Below are positions 42,500 to 54,423 of a stretch of DNA of 64,000 bases, piece by piece. The notes under the pieces were generated by a model, which saw only the letters and a list, made by a program, of their open reading frames with translations, was not told the origin of the DNA and did no database searches. The DNA is from Rhynchopus sp. YZ270_cl-10 (taxonomy: Eukaryota). Position numbers and translations under genes: made by a program. The first letter of the stretch is position 1; every line of letters starts with the position of its first letter. Location: the NCBI GenBank assembly GCA_964035575.1, contig OZ037846.1, positions 1,240,001-1,304,000 on the forward strand, given 5' to 3'.

Positions 42500-43071
42500 A
42501 TGCTGGTACACAAGCCAGGTCTGTCGTACTCGGTGAACTACCTGAACCAGGCGATTGACGGGTTGAACCGCAAAACGAATAATGAGCTTGGTGGTTGCCA
42601 TCCTGTGCAATGCTCGGGTCCGAAGATGACGTCAGATCGACACTACGAGTTCATGGCATTGTACCCGGCCAATGAGACCAAACGTGCTGCAATCCTTGAC
42701 GTGTCGAAAGAGTCGTTCGACAAGCACCGTGGCCACTGCAGCTGGTGTGGTTTGTCCAAGGAGCCCACATTTGACATCCGTGCTGCTATGCCCGCCCCTG
42801 CACTGCTGTCCCACCTGGCACGCTTTCTGAGCGGGAGTGTCCGTACGAGGCTGGGATGAAGGCCAGCTACCCCCACGTGGGTATGGACCTGGCAAAGATG
42901 GATACTCCCAGGAACTGCAAAGTGTGCTCAAAGGCACCTGTGAGAGTCCGGATGACGTACCGCTGCATGACCTGCGGCGTCTATTTATGCCCTGCCGAGT
43001 GCCATCGCAAGTACCACACCGAGAACAGCAACGCAATGAAGAGGAAAAGAGACTCGGGTGTAGAGCCCTAG
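42500..43071 (+). pseudogene. piggyBac transposase C-terminal remnant (cysteine-rich domain)
   Basis: RNCKVCSKAPVRVRMTYRCMTCGVYLCPAECHRKYH matches the piggyBac CRD pattern. It lies inside the TTAA/CCC-GGG element, is frameshifted, and has no DDD core. Confidence 0.8.
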
Positions 43072-44126
43072 GTCACCTTACCCCCAACCCCCTTTTACCC
43101 CCTCCCACTGGGTTTTCAAGGCAAAACGTGTGAAAACGGGTAATCTGCTGGTGGCAACAAGCAGCAACATGCTGTGAGCTCATTTCTGTGTAAACTTTTT
43201 TTACTAAGTTTTTCGGGATATGTAGATTGTCACCAATCTTTCAAATAAAGCATGTTTCGACCACATTTGAAACACTCCGAATTTTTTAAGTCGATTTTTT
43301 GGGATTTTTGAAAAAGTTCATGACGAGCTCCCCACTTTTTTGACCACTGATTTTTTCCCGATTTTTTTCGATTTTTTGAAAATTTGAAAGCGGTGTTCAA
43401 AATCTTTCAAATGCGACCAGAATCGGTCAAAAATTTGCACCAGAAATTTTTTTACTGCAGAAAGAGCCGGGGGGCCCAAAAAAATTTTTTTGAAAAAAAG
43501 TCCTTCGGAACCAAAGGGTTAAAAACAAGGCATTCCCGCCTTTAACTGTTCTTTTCTCCCTTACACAGTGTTACTAGAAACCGGATTAATATAGCCAACG
43601 TTTTGGGGGGGGTTTTTCTTCTTCTCCCACAGTGAAAATTGAAGGCAATAATTTATGGCGCCGATTTCCCCCGCGGTGGGAATTTTTCCTGACGATAATT
43701 TCCAACGACAGTGCCCTTTTATGGAAACATATCTTTTTTTTTTTTTGTACAGATCTTGCGGACCGTGTCTGTTTCTTTTGCAAATGCACTGAGGTTACTG
43801 ATAATAAATCTGAGACCCACAACCATACTTATAGCGATCTAGCCGTACGTGGCGATTTTTTTTTTCGCAAAAGGAAAGGAAAAAAAATCGGCCGGAAATT
43901 TTTTTTACCGTGGTCAGTGGGATAGTGGGTTACAACACCCCCACACGGGTCAAAACACTCCTTAAAAAAAACCCCCGACAACAAAAAAAATCGCGAAAAC
44001 CGAATAAGTCTCATTAAGAGCTACACTAAATCCAACTTTTCAAAAAAATAAAAACGCATTTCCTCCCCTCTTCTTTCCTTCACCTTTTTTCACCAAACCC
44101 GCCATACAACACACACCCACCCAGGA

Positions 44127-47100
44127 ATGAAACGGACGGGGGCTATTTTTCATGTGTGGTTTTCGGTCTGTGTTTGGTGCGTTGCAGTGTTACGGTGTGA
44201 CGCGCAGATTGCGCTGACTGCGAGGTGGGCAGCCTCTTCCACGGTGGGCGAGGACATCTCGGGGAATGCGAACCATATGACCACTGGGACCTTCACCACC
44301 GGATACGACAGCTACCTGGCAACGGACATACAGGCAGCGTCCCCCAGCTCCACCTCCTGCCTTTCCTTCAACGACCCAAGCATGCTTCTCAGCAATGACC
44401 CAATTGTCACCTTCTTTTACCGAATTGAGGTGAACGACTATGGCAAACGGCAAACCCTGGTTTCCTGGGGGACCGGTGGGGACTACCTGAGGGTGTTCGT
44501 GGAGGTGCTTGACAGTGCTACGCAAAGCCTTGGTATCGAAACAAACATTGGTGGCGGGGATGAGTTTAAGGTTGATATGAAGCTTTCCTCATTCAACACC
44601 CTTGGGGTCTGGAACAGTGGCCTCGTGTACGCGAAGGCGGGCACCTTGCACGTTAAGAGCGCAGGTTTCACAGCTTGGCTTTCAATTCCCGGGGCGATGT
44701 CCTCATCTGACACATTCTCGTTCATGTGTGCAGGGTTCCCTGCCATAGCAAACCATATGATGCTGTCCGGAGGCATGTTTGATGTAAAGTATTACACCGG
44801 TCTCGCGTACCCATGTGTGGATGGGTTTTACAACGGAAAGTGTTTGGAGTTGAAGGCCAGCTGTGCAACCCCAGCGGTGCTGCGCCCAGGGCGTTCCGAT
44901 GATGTGTTCTACAGTACAATGGACATCCATGTGCAGTTTCTGATTGATTTGCAGAAGGTGGGTGGGCAGTGGGAGACCGCTGGTGGGGAGGAGCTGCCTG
45001 CGGGGGCGAATGTGTGGTGTGGCGACGCTGCGCACGACCTGTCTGGGGGGTCGTACTACACAAACGCAGGAGCAGGCACCAGTGCAGGGGTGCGTCCGCA
45101 GGCTGCGCTCTGTGCAGGCTATGAATACCAGGAGGGCCCAGGGCTGATCGACATGGCCTGTGGGGTGGACTACCTCTGCACAACGACGCTGGTTGCGGCG
45201 GTAGACGACACGACAGCCACCTCCGCACCTGCGACGCTGCCGCCGCCGACGATTGTGCCAACACTGGCACCACCAACACCGTCACCACCGACACCTGCAC
45301 CAGCGACACCGGCACCACCAACGCCTGCACCACCGACACCTGCACCACTGACACCGGCACCACCAACACCAGCTCCACCGACACCTTCACCACCAACACC
45401 TTCACCAGCGACACCGGCACCACCGACGCCAGCTCCCCCAACACCTTCACCACCGACACCAGCACCACCAACACCTGCTCCACCAACACCTTCACCACCG
45501 ACACCTGCACCACTGACACCGGCACCACCAACACCAGCTCCACTAACACCTTCACCACCAACACCTTCACCAGCGACACCGGCACCACTAACACCTGCAC
45601 CACCAACACCGTCACCACTGACACTGGCACCACCAACACCTGCTCCGCCAACACCTGCACCGCCAACACCTGCACCCCCAACACCTGCACCCCCAACACC
45701 TGCTCCACCAACACCTGCACCCCCAACACCTGCTTCACCAACAAGCTCACCGCCAACGTTGGCACCACTGACCAACGCGCCTCTGACACTGTCCCCGACG
45801 ACGTCGGCGCCACTGACAGCTGCACCACCAACAGTTGTTCCCCCAACCGTGGCCCCGCCAACGTCGCCACCACTTACCATAGCACCACCGACGCTATCCC
45901 CCCTAACACCAGCACCCCTAACACCTGCTCCGCTCACGGCTGCTCCGTTGACTGCTGCACCCCCAACGTCGGCACCACCAACAAGCGCACCTCCAACAGT
46001 GGCCCCATTGACACCACCACCAGCGACGTTGCCTCCAGCCACGTTCACCCCACCAGTGCTGCCAACAGCTGTGCCGGACACTGCATCACCGAAAACGTTT
46101 CCGCCAGGGACGTCTGCGCCGGCTACTGGCTTGCCGCTCACAGCACAGCCAGCGACGCTGCCACCTGCAACAACGCTTGCCCCAGGCACACCAACGCCAG
46201 GGACGTTGCCGCCTGCCTCAACAGCGACACAGCCACCACAGACTGCACCGCCGGCACAGGTGACACTGGTACCGGAGACTCCCTTCCCAGCAACACCCCT
46301 CCCGACAGCCCCTGCACTGCCACTGCCACCTGCCTCGCCAACACCGGCAGGGTTCGCCACAGCTACCCCGCCAGGTACACCTGCACCAGGAGGGTTCGCT
46401 ACACCACTGCCGACGGCTGCACAGACCGCTGCACCGCAGACACAGCCCACAACCACAGCCGTAACCACCGCACCAGACACACCGACGCCTCCTGACACAG
46501 AAGCACCGGGTATGGCAGTTGGCACTGGAGCACCGACAGCCTTACCTGGTGGCACGGCAGGACCAACCCCTGCCACGATTGTGCCTTGGGTGGAGCCGGA
46601 GCCGGGTGTTGTTGGTGCAGGCCTTGAGGTGACGCAGTCGCCTATTAGCCCTGGGACTGTGATGTTATCGGAGTATGGGGTTGTGATGGCGGTTGTCGCG
46701 ATTGTGGGGGCGTTCGCTGGGGATGGGGCACCGCACCCATCGGTGCGGCTTGGGTTGATGTTGAGCGAACGGTGTGAAGTGGGCTCGCAGTCGACCCAGC
46801 TGTCGCGCATGATGAACCCTACAGGGCTTGTTATCTACGACAGCGAGGCTATGGGTGCTGTTGTGGGGAACCTTTCGATTGTCCTGGTCACTACCCTCAT
46901 CTGCCTTGCCGCCGTGCACCTCGCAAAGACACTGGGCCCTCGCATCTTCCCTACCTTCTTTGACGGCCTCGACGTGCAAGGCTTTCTCAGAGTGCCCTCC
47001 GTGCCGATCTTCGTCTTCTTCGTTGTCTACCAAGGCATCACGCTCGGCGCAATGCGGATTCTCATCATCGCGAGATCTCCAGTCCACGTCCTCGTCGGCG

Positions 47101-48179
47101 TCATCGTGATACCGTGCATGGGTTTAGTGGTGCCGTACATGCTGTTCAGTTTGATGCACCGGAGTGTGCCTAAGAGGGCAACATACCATCTGGTGCAGAA
47201 GCGTGCATACCCAATAGAGTTCCTCCTAGGGCCTGGGGAGTGGGTCAACACCGGGAGGCAGTATATGTGGAGCCAGCGGTACATCTGCATGCTGCTGCCG
47301 TACAGGGAGGGGTGTGCGTGGTATTCGTGTCTCCAGCTGTGCGCCTCTTTGGCGCTGTCTGCAATCCAGTCCACGCGCCCTGAGTCGCAGCTTGGGTGTG
47401 CCTACATGAAGAGCGCACAGGGGGCAGTCATCCTTGTTGTGATGCTGCTTGAGATGTTTCTTCGTCCTTCTGCCAGAATGCGCGACACCGTGCTGCTCTC
47501 CATCAGCACCGCCATCCAGGTCGTCGCCATGGTGTTCCACGCGCTGGCACACTCCGAAAGCAATACCCTCGGCTGGCACTACACCTTTGGCACCACCTTG
47601 CTGGTCGGTGCGGGTGCGATTCTGCTGATCAAAATGGCGCTCGACTTTTTAACAGAACTGTACGTCTTTATCACAAGGCGACGTGTCCGAGCACAGAAGG
47701 ATTTCTACAAAAGGCAGTCCCAAAGAGACCAGCTTCCTTCCTTCTACGACTATGAGGCGGATGAGGAGCTGGGTGCTGCGCTCAACACCATACTGTCTGT
47801 TCCCACTTCCACTACGCCGGTAGAGACGCCGAGAGAGAGGCCTCTGTCGACAGAGATCTTCACACCGAAGTCGTCGTCGACGTCGTTGTCGGGGCGTGGC
47901 GGCATTGCCTGGGTGCCTGGGCGCAGTAGTCGAGTGAGGTCGATGTCGTCTGGAAACAACCCTCTTCTCTCGTTGGCATGCGTCGCCAGCTCTATGGACT
48001 CCCTAGGCAGTCAAGTGTACAGCCCAAGCACAGTGAGTGACAGGCGCCGCTCCGGACGCTCGCGTGCAGGCACGAGCCTCACCCCGCGTTATCCAAGTTC
48101 GCCACTAACTGCAGATGTGATGTCAACCACACCAAAACCAAAGCCAACGTCTCCCAACGGCTTGCGGGTTCTATTTTGA
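44127..48179 (+). CDS. Surface protein: signal peptide, LamG-like and possible C-type-lectin-like domains, (PPTPA)n mucin stalk, ~8-TM C-terminal domain
   Basis: 1350-aa ORF; EDISGNANH and LSGGMFDVKYY (LamG-like); Cys pattern ending IDMACGVDYLC; Pro/Thr pentapeptide repeats; the AVVGNL...LRP TM domain recalls DGF-1-like euglenozoan proteins. Confidence 0.88.
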   Translation: MKRTGAIFHVWFSVCVWCVAVLRCDAQIALTARWAASSTVGEDISGNANHMTTGTFTTGYDSYLATDIQAASPSSTSCLSFNDPSMLLSNDPIVTFFYRIEVNDYGKRQTLVSWGTGGDYLRVFVEVLDSATQSLGIETNIGGGDEFKVDMKLSSFNTLGVWNSGLVYAKAGTLHVKSAGFTAWLSIPGAMSSSDTFSFMCAGFPAIANHMMLSGGMFDVKYYTGLAYPCVDGFYNGKCLELKASCATPAVLRPGRSDDVFYSTMDIHVQFLIDLQKVGGQWETAGGEELPAGANVWCGDAAHDLSGGSYYTNAGAGTSAGVRPQAALCAGYEYQEGPGLIDMACGVDYLCTTTLVAAVDDTTATSAPATLPPPTIVPTLAPPTPSPPTPAPATPAPPTPAPPTPAPLTPAPPTPAPPTPSPPTPSPATPAPPTPAPPTPSPPTPAPPTPAPPTPSPPTPAPLTPAPPTPAPLTPSPPTPSPATPAPLTPAPPTPSPLTLAPPTPAPPTPAPPTPAPPTPAPPTPAPPTPAPPTPASPTSSPPTLAPLTNAPLTLSPTTSAPLTAAPPTVVPPTVAPPTSPPLTIAPPTLSPLTPAPLTPAPLTAAPLTAAPPTSAPPTSAPPTVAPLTPPPATLPPATFTPPVLPTAVPDTASPKTFPPGTSAPATGLPLTAQPATLPPATTLAPGTPTPGTLPPASTATQPPQTAPPAQVTLVPETPFPATPLPTAPALPLPPASPTPAGFATATPPGTPAPGGFATPLPTAAQTAAPQTQPTTTAVTTAPDTPTPPDTEAPGMAVGTGAPTALPGGTAGPTPATIVPWVEPEPGVVGAGLEVTQSPISPGTVMLSEYGVVMAVVAIVGAFAGDGAPHPSVRLGLMLSERCEVGSQSTQLSRMMNPTGLVIYDSEAMGAVVGNLSIVLVTTLICLAAVHLAKTLGPRIFPTFFDGLDVQGFLRVPSVPIFVFFVVYQGITLGAMRILIIARSPVHVLVGVIVIPCMGLVVPYMLFSLMHRSVPKRATYHLVQKRAYPIEFLLGPGEWVNTGRQYMWSQRYICMLLPYREGCAWYSCLQLCASLALSAIQSTRPESQLGCAYMKSAQGAVILVVMLLEMFLRPSARMRDTVLLSISTAIQVVAMVFHALAHSESNTLGWHYTFGTTLLVGAGAILLIKMALDFLTELYVFITRRRVRAQKDFYKRQSQRDQLPSFYDYEADEELGAALNTILSVPTSTTPVETPRERPLSTEIFTPKSSSTSLSGRGGIAWVPGRSSRVRSMSSGNNPLLSLACVASSMDSLGSQVYSPSTVSDRRRSGRSRAGTSLTPRYPSSPLTADVMSTTPKPKPTSPNGLRVLF

Positions 48180-49760
48180 TCATGCTTCAGGGGTAGATAG
48201 GCCTTTTTTCGGGGGTTTTCCGTATACAGACACAAACTGGAATACGTGACACCACTCGCTCGCTCGTGAAATCAAAATGCTGAACTCCACTCGCTTCGTT
48301 CGTGAAGTTCGGTGCCAAAAGCCTCCCCTTTATACCAAGAGGAAATAGAATTGACGGAAGGTGCGTGCGTGTAATTATTTTTATTTTATTCAGTATTTGT
48401 TTTTCTCGCCCTTACAACACATTTCAGCGAAAAACGCACCAAATTTGTGGAGTGATTCGCGAAAAAAAAATTTTATTTCTTTGGAAACTTGGTTGTATTA
48501 GTGTAGCCACCCTAGAGGGTGCTACACTGTGCAACAAATTTCTTTGTTTGGTAATGGCACGCCCTAAAAATTGAGTTGCTTTTATGTACTTTGTATGTTG
48601 GGGTTACAAAAAAAATGACATCCCACACGACCCCTTAATACAAGCCTATTCCCGCTTTGCCTAATGTCTTTCCGTATTTGGAAGACCTTTGCTAGGAACT
48701 GGTTTAGTAGTAGGTAGTTCAGTTCAAAGTATACCAAAGAGCTGCTGGACGTTGTCACACCATTGTTTTGTTTTTATTCAGTTCTCATGTACTGAAACAT
48801 CACTTTTTATCACTCCACTTTTTTCTCGTTCAGTGCGCCCCGCATCCCAGGGGGGGCATCTGCATGTTGTCAACTTCACTTTCCTTTTCATTTACAAATC
48901 TGCCACCTTGTGGGATGACCAATTGCGATATCCCTTCTTCTTCCCACCCCCCCAGTGACCCCCCCACCATTGTTTTCTTTTTATTCAGCTGTCCTGAATA
49001 CATCACTTTTAATCTCTCCACTTTTTTCTTTTTCAGTGCGCCCCACATTCCAGGGGGGGAGCATCTGCATGTTGTCAACTTCACTTTCCTTTTCAAGCAG
49101 CACAATATGGCAGATTTACCACCTTCCATATTGTGGGCACCCCATTGCGATATCCCTTGCTTTTTACCCCCCTTTTTGCTGTTGTTGTTGTTGTTACTAG
49201 CCCTGGCGGAACCTGCTGTTCTGTGTGGCCTAGCCAGGTCTTGCGATCCGACTGGTGCCTCTTTTGCTCGGTGAGCGAGAAACAGAACTTAATCTCGGTG
49301 CCTGGGCGGCCCTTTGAGTCACTCTTTTTGCGAAGCTTTAGTGGATTTTGTGGCTTTCCCCATTTTATTGACGTTTATTTTTCCCCTCATCGACCCCATT
49401 TCTGTGTTCAAGAATGCCTCTGGTCAGTGGTGATCCTGCTTGCACCGAGCCGTTGCAAGCACACAAGAGGCCATCACGCTGTTCCTCGTGCACGAGGTCG
49501 TGGCCGATATCCCAACACTCCTGCGAACGATGATGGCAACACCTCTGTCATGCACTTTGCTGCATGAATGTTTTTCAACGGGTTGTCCCGAAGGGGGGGA
49601 AACGTGGTTATTTGTCTCCTGGAAAATATTTTTCCGAAAAGGATATTTTTCGCTATTTTCTCTTTTCTTCTTGCATGAGCTCGACGAGATGCGTTCACGT
49701 TTCAACTCCTCTTTTCTTCCGATTTTTCCTTTTCACTCTCGTTTCCCAAAGATTTTTTTT
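46210..49760 (+). repeat. Tandem segmental duplication (second copy ~52470-55935, continuing at 58126-58470)
   Basis: The coding 3' halves are nearly identical; the downstream non-coding DNA aligns, with indels. Confidence 0.92.
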
Positions 49761-50802
49761 TGTTTGTTTGACCGTTGTGAGACAGGTTGATTGGACCGTG
49801 ATTTTTTTTTCGGGGAAAATTTTTTTCCGGATCCGCTGAAATTTCCACACACAAAAAAAAAAACCCCCCCCCCGATTTAGGATAGTGCCTGACTTTCAAC
49901 TTCTTTCTCTCTCTCGCTCTCTCTTTCTTTCTCTCTCCCTCTTTCCCTCCTATTTTTATTTCACTTTATTTCACTTAGTAAATGCGAAAAATGTTTCATT
50001 CACAAAACTGAAATAAAGCGAAATAAAAAAGCAGGATGGCGAAACCCGAAAGCGAGCTCTCCTCGGTTGCCCATTTTTACAAATTTTGCAAAAATAGAAC
50101 AAGAACAACTCGACTTCTTACTTTTGCACACACACACGCTTTGGGGGCATATTCTACGCCTGAATTACCCCCCATTAGTTAATCCAAGCACACACGCCTT
50201 TGCTATCTCATCTTTAGTGATGAGGTGACTAAGCTAAGCTCATGTTGCTGTATTTTTTTTCTCTCTGCTTTCAAATTTTATTTGAAAGTATATGAATTTG
50301 TTTCTCTCTTTTTTGTTAGACTTAGTTATTGTTTGCTTTGCACCTTTGTTATCTCTTCGTATTACTCTAGTCTTTTGTGTACAATGGACAATGGATGCCG
50401 TCGAAATGGATGATTAACCCTTTAAGGACCGTTCAGGTTTTTTGGATTTTGGGGATCAACTCTCTCCTGGCAGTAAAATACTAAGAGATAATTTTTTTTT
50501 GACCAAATCTGGCGGCATTTGAAAGATTTTGCACAAATCTTTCCAACGTAATAAAAAAAATTGTCATTTATTGTTACAACAAGGCCGCAGCGGGCGTGCA
50601 CAGCTGAACAACACCTTTTGCATTTCCGTAATCCGTCCGCACTGTCTCAAAACCGACCTTACTTTTTACCCCACCGGGGTTTGTTGTGTTGCTGTATATG
50701 CTAAATCGCAAAGAACAGTATTTTTTTTCTATTTTCTCTGTGTTTCCCCCCCCTACCCCACCCCACCCTCTCCAACCCACCACATGACACCACACTGCAG
50801 AA

Positions 50803-53800
50803 ATGCGGTTTGCAGTCTTGTCTGCTTTGATATGCAGTGCTGCAGCTGTGGGACCGCAGCCGTGTGCTGATCCCATCCTGCTCACGTCGTTCACAGACAG
50901 CAGTGAACTTGACTCGACCCGAACTCTGACATTTGCGGGTGGGTTCCGGATGGAGGCGGATGTGACCGTGAATGCAGTGACGTCTTGGGGACGTGTGTTT
51001 GACTTTTCGAATGGACAAGACCAGGACAATGTGCTGCTTGGGCTAGATGGGGGGAAGTGGAACGCCCATGTGTACCACGACACCACAAGGCAGGCTGGGA
51101 TCGCGGACCCCGTAGCCTCGCCGTTGGGTGTCGAGATGTCTATGGTGCTGGTGTACACACGCACGTCAAGCGGGGGCCCTACGACAGGGACGGCTGTGCT
51201 CTACATCGATGGTGTCGAGCGCGTGAGTGGCTACGTAGCTCTTCCCCTCATGGTCACACGCACGATCAACCTCGTGGAGAGAAGTCCCTGGGTCCAAGAT
51301 ACGCCACTCGACGGCACCGTCAAGAACTTCAAGTTCTATGCGTGCGATGCGACAAATGCTCCGGACACTGATGCACCGCCAACTGACGCTCCACCAACTG
51401 ATGCACCAGCTACAGATGCTCCAGCGACAGACGCACCACCTACGGATGCACCTGCAACAGTTGCACCTGACACAAATGCACCACCAACTGATGCTCCAGC
51501 AACTGACGCACCAGACACAAGTGCCCCACCAACTGACGCACCTGACACAGATGCACCATCAACTGACGCACCACCAACTGATGCACCTGCAACAGTCGCA
51601 CCTGACACAGATGCACCACCAACTGACGTACCAGCGACAGATGCTCCAGACACAAATGCACCACCAACTGATGCTCCAGCAACAGACGCTCCAGACACAA
51701 GTGCCCCACCAACTGACGCACCTGACACAAATGCACCACCAACTGATGCTCCAGCAACTGATGCACCAGCTACAGACGCTCCGGACACAGATGCTCCAGC
51801 GACAGACGCACCACCTACGGATGCACCTGCAACAGTTGCACCTGGCACAGATGCACCACCAACTGATGCTCCAGCAACAGACGCTCCAGACACAAGTGCA
51901 CCACCAACTGACGCTCCTGACACAGATGCACCATCAACTGATGCACCAGCGACAGACGCACCGGCAACTGATGCAACTGACGCACCAGCTACAGACGCTC
52001 CGGACACAGATGCTCCAGCGACAGACGCACCACCTACGGATGCACCTGCAACAGTCGCACCTGGCACAGATGCACCACCAACTGATGCTCCAGCAACAGA
52101 CGCTCCAGACACAAGTGCACCACCAACTGACGCTCCTGACACAAATGCACCATCAACTGACGTACCAGCGACAGACGCGCCTGCAACTGACGCACCTGCG
52201 ACAGATGCTCCAGACACAACTGCACCACCAACTGATGCTCCAGCTACAAATGCACCCGACACGATGGCGCCTTTGACACCTGCACCCCTGCCAACAGCGC
52301 CTGTAACGTCAGCTCCAACCACAGTACCCACACCTGCCTCAACAGCGACACAGCCACCACAGACTGCACCACCGGCACAGGTAACACTGGTACCGGAGAC
52401 TCCCTTCCCGGAAACACCCCTCCCGACAGCAGCACCCACCCCTTCAGCAGTCCCTGCACTGACACTGCCGCCTGCCTCAACAGCGACACAGCCACCACAG
52501 ACCGCACCACCGGCACAGGTGACACTGGTACCGGAGACGCCCTTCCCAGCAACACCCCTCCCGACAGCCCCTGCACTGCCACTGCCACCTGCCTCGCCAA
52601 CACCGGCAGGGTTCGCCACAGCTACCCCGCCAGGTACACCTGCACCAGGAGGGTTCGCTACACCACTGCCGACGGCTGCACAGACCGCTGCACCGCAGAC
52701 ACAGCCCACAACCACAGCCGCAACCGCCGCACCAGACACACCGACGCCTCCCGACACAGAAGCACCGGGTATGGCAGTTGGCACCGGAGCACCGACAGCC
52801 TTACCTGGTGGCACGGCAGGACCTGCCACGATTGTGCCTTGGGTGGAGCCGGAGCCGGGTGTTGTTGGTGCAGGCCTTGAGGTGACGCAGTCGCCTATTA
52901 GCCCTGGGACTGTGATGTTATCGGAGTATGGGGTTGTGATGGCGGTTGTCGCGAGTGTGGGGGCGTTCGCTGGGGCACCGCACCCGTCGGTGCGGCTTGG
53001 GTTGATGAGCGAACGGTGTGAGGTGGGCTCGCAGTCGACCCAGCTGTCGCGCTTGATGAACCCTACAGGGCTTGTTATCTACGACAGCGAGGCTATGGGT
53101 GCTGTTGTGGGGAACCTTTCGATTGTCCTGGTCACTACCCTCATCTGCCTTGCCGCCGTGCACCTCGCAAAGACACTGGGCCCTCGCATCTTCCCTACCT
53201 TCTTTGACGGCCTCGACGTGCAAGGCTTTCTCAGAGTGCCCTCCGTGCCGATCTTCGTCTTCTTCGTTGTCTACCAAGGCATCACGCTCGGCGCAATGCG
53301 GATTCTCATCATCGCGAGATCTCCAGTCCACGTCCTCGTCGGCGTCATCGTGATACCGTGCATGGGTTTAGTGGTGCCGTACATGCTGTTCAGTTTGATG
53401 CACCGGAGTGTGCCTAAGAGGGCAACATACCATCTGGTGCAGAAGCGTGCATACCCAATAGAGTTCCTCCTAGGGCCTGGGGAGTGGGTCAACACCGGGA
53501 GGCAGTATATGTGGAGCCAGCGGTACATCTGCATGCTGCTGCCGTACAGGGAGGGGTGTGCGTGGTATTCGTGTCTCCAGCTGTGCGCCTCTTTGGCGCT
53601 GTCTGCAATCCAGTCCACGCGCCCTGAGTCGCAGCTTGGGTGTGCCTACATGAAGAGCGCACAGGGGGCAGTCATCCTTGTTGTGATGCTGCTTGAGATG
53701 TTTCTTCGTCCTTCTGCCAGAATGCGCGACACCGTGCTGCTCTCCATCAGCACCGCCATCCAGGTCGTCGCCATGGTGTTCCACGCGCTGGCACACTCCG

Positions 53801-54423
53801 AAAGCAATACCCTCGGCTGGCACTACACCTTTGGCACCACCTTGCTGGTCGGTGCGGGTGCGATTCTGCTGATCAAAATGGCGCTCGACTTTTTAACAGA
53901 ACTGTACGTCTTTATCACAAGGCGACGTGTCCGAGCACAGAAGGATTTCTACAAAAGGCAGTCCCAAAGAGACCAGCTTCCTTCCTTCTACGACTATGAG
54001 GCGGATGAGGAGCTGGGTGCTGCGCTCAACACCATACTGTCTGTTCCCACTTCCACTACGCCGGTAGAGACGCCGAGAGAGAGGCCTCTGTCGACAGAGA
54101 TCTTCACACCGAAGTCGTCGTCGACGTCGTTGTCGGGGCGTGGCGGCATTGCCTGGGTGCCTGGGCGCAGTAGTCGAGTGAGGTCGATGTCGTCTGGAAA
54201 CAACCCTCTTCTCTCGTTGGCATGCGTCGCCAGCTCTATGGACTCCCTAGGCAGTCAAGTGTACAGCCCAAGCACAGTGAGTGACAGGCGCCGCTCCGGA
54301 CGCTCACGTGCAGGCACGAGCCTCACCCCGCGTTATCCAAGTTCGCCGCTAACTGCAGATGTGATGTCAGCCACATCAAAAACAAAGCCAACCTCTCTCA
54401 GTGGCTTGCGGGTTCTATCTTGA
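50803..54423 (+). CDS. Surface protein: signal peptide, LamG/ConA-like domain, (TDAPx)n mucin stalk, ~8-TM C-terminal domain
   Basis: 1206-aa ORF; WGRVFDFSNG..DNVLLG, LYIDGVE, RSPW..D..LDGTVKNFKFY (Laminin_G_3 pattern); C-terminus almost identical to 44127. Confidence 0.9.
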   Translation: MRFAVLSALICSAAAVGPQPCADPILLTSFTDSSELDSTRTLTFAGGFRMEADVTVNAVTSWGRVFDFSNGQDQDNVLLGLDGGKWNAHVYHDTTRQAGIADPVASPLGVEMSMVLVYTRTSSGGPTTGTAVLYIDGVERVSGYVALPLMVTRTINLVERSPWVQDTPLDGTVKNFKFYACDATNAPDTDAPPTDAPPTDAPATDAPATDAPPTDAPATVAPDTNAPPTDAPATDAPDTSAPPTDAPDTDAPSTDAPPTDAPATVAPDTDAPPTDVPATDAPDTNAPPTDAPATDAPDTSAPPTDAPDTNAPPTDAPATDAPATDAPDTDAPATDAPPTDAPATVAPGTDAPPTDAPATDAPDTSAPPTDAPDTDAPSTDAPATDAPATDATDAPATDAPDTDAPATDAPPTDAPATVAPGTDAPPTDAPATDAPDTSAPPTDAPDTNAPSTDVPATDAPATDAPATDAPDTTAPPTDAPATNAPDTMAPLTPAPLPTAPVTSAPTTVPTPASTATQPPQTAPPAQVTLVPETPFPETPLPTAAPTPSAVPALTLPPASTATQPPQTAPPAQVTLVPETPFPATPLPTAPALPLPPASPTPAGFATATPPGTPAPGGFATPLPTAAQTAAPQTQPTTTAATAAPDTPTPPDTEAPGMAVGTGAPTALPGGTAGPATIVPWVEPEPGVVGAGLEVTQSPISPGTVMLSEYGVVMAVVASVGAFAGAPHPSVRLGLMSERCEVGSQSTQLSRLMNPTGLVIYDSEAMGAVVGNLSIVLVTTLICLAAVHLAKTLGPRIFPTFFDGLDVQGFLRVPSVPIFVFFVVYQGITLGAMRILIIARSPVHVLVGVIVIPCMGLVVPYMLFSLMHRSVPKRATYHLVQKRAYPIEFLLGPGEWVNTGRQYMWSQRYICMLLPYREGCAWYSCLQLCASLALSAIQSTRPESQLGCAYMKSAQGAVILVVMLLEMFLRPSARMRDTVLLSISTAIQVVAMVFHALAHSESNTLGWHYTFGTTLLVGAGAILLIKMALDFLTELYVFITRRRVRAQKDFYKRQSQRDQLPSFYDYEADEELGAALNTILSVPTSTTPVETPRERPLSTEIFTPKSSSTSLSGRGGIAWVPGRSSRVRSMSSGNNPLLSLACVASSMDSLGSQVYSPSTVSDRRRSGRSRAGTSLTPRYPSSPLTADVMSATSKTKPTSLSGLRVLS

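Larger units (their letters stand above)
39600..43518 (+). mobile_element. Internally deleted piggyBac element
   Basis: TTAA|CCCTTTAGTTCC ... GGAACCAAAGGG|TTAA; ~200-bp tandem subrepeats in the left arm; transposase C-terminal remnant; interrupted by the 40094 element. Confidence 0.88.

Noticed and set aside
45170..46810. Long antisense Gly/Ala/Val ORFs (also 51336-52829)
   Set aside because: Shadows of the Pro/Thr repeat coding strand.
49424..49570. GVAIIVR on the minus strand as an APE endonuclease remnant
   Set aside because: A single short motif with no other APE motifs.
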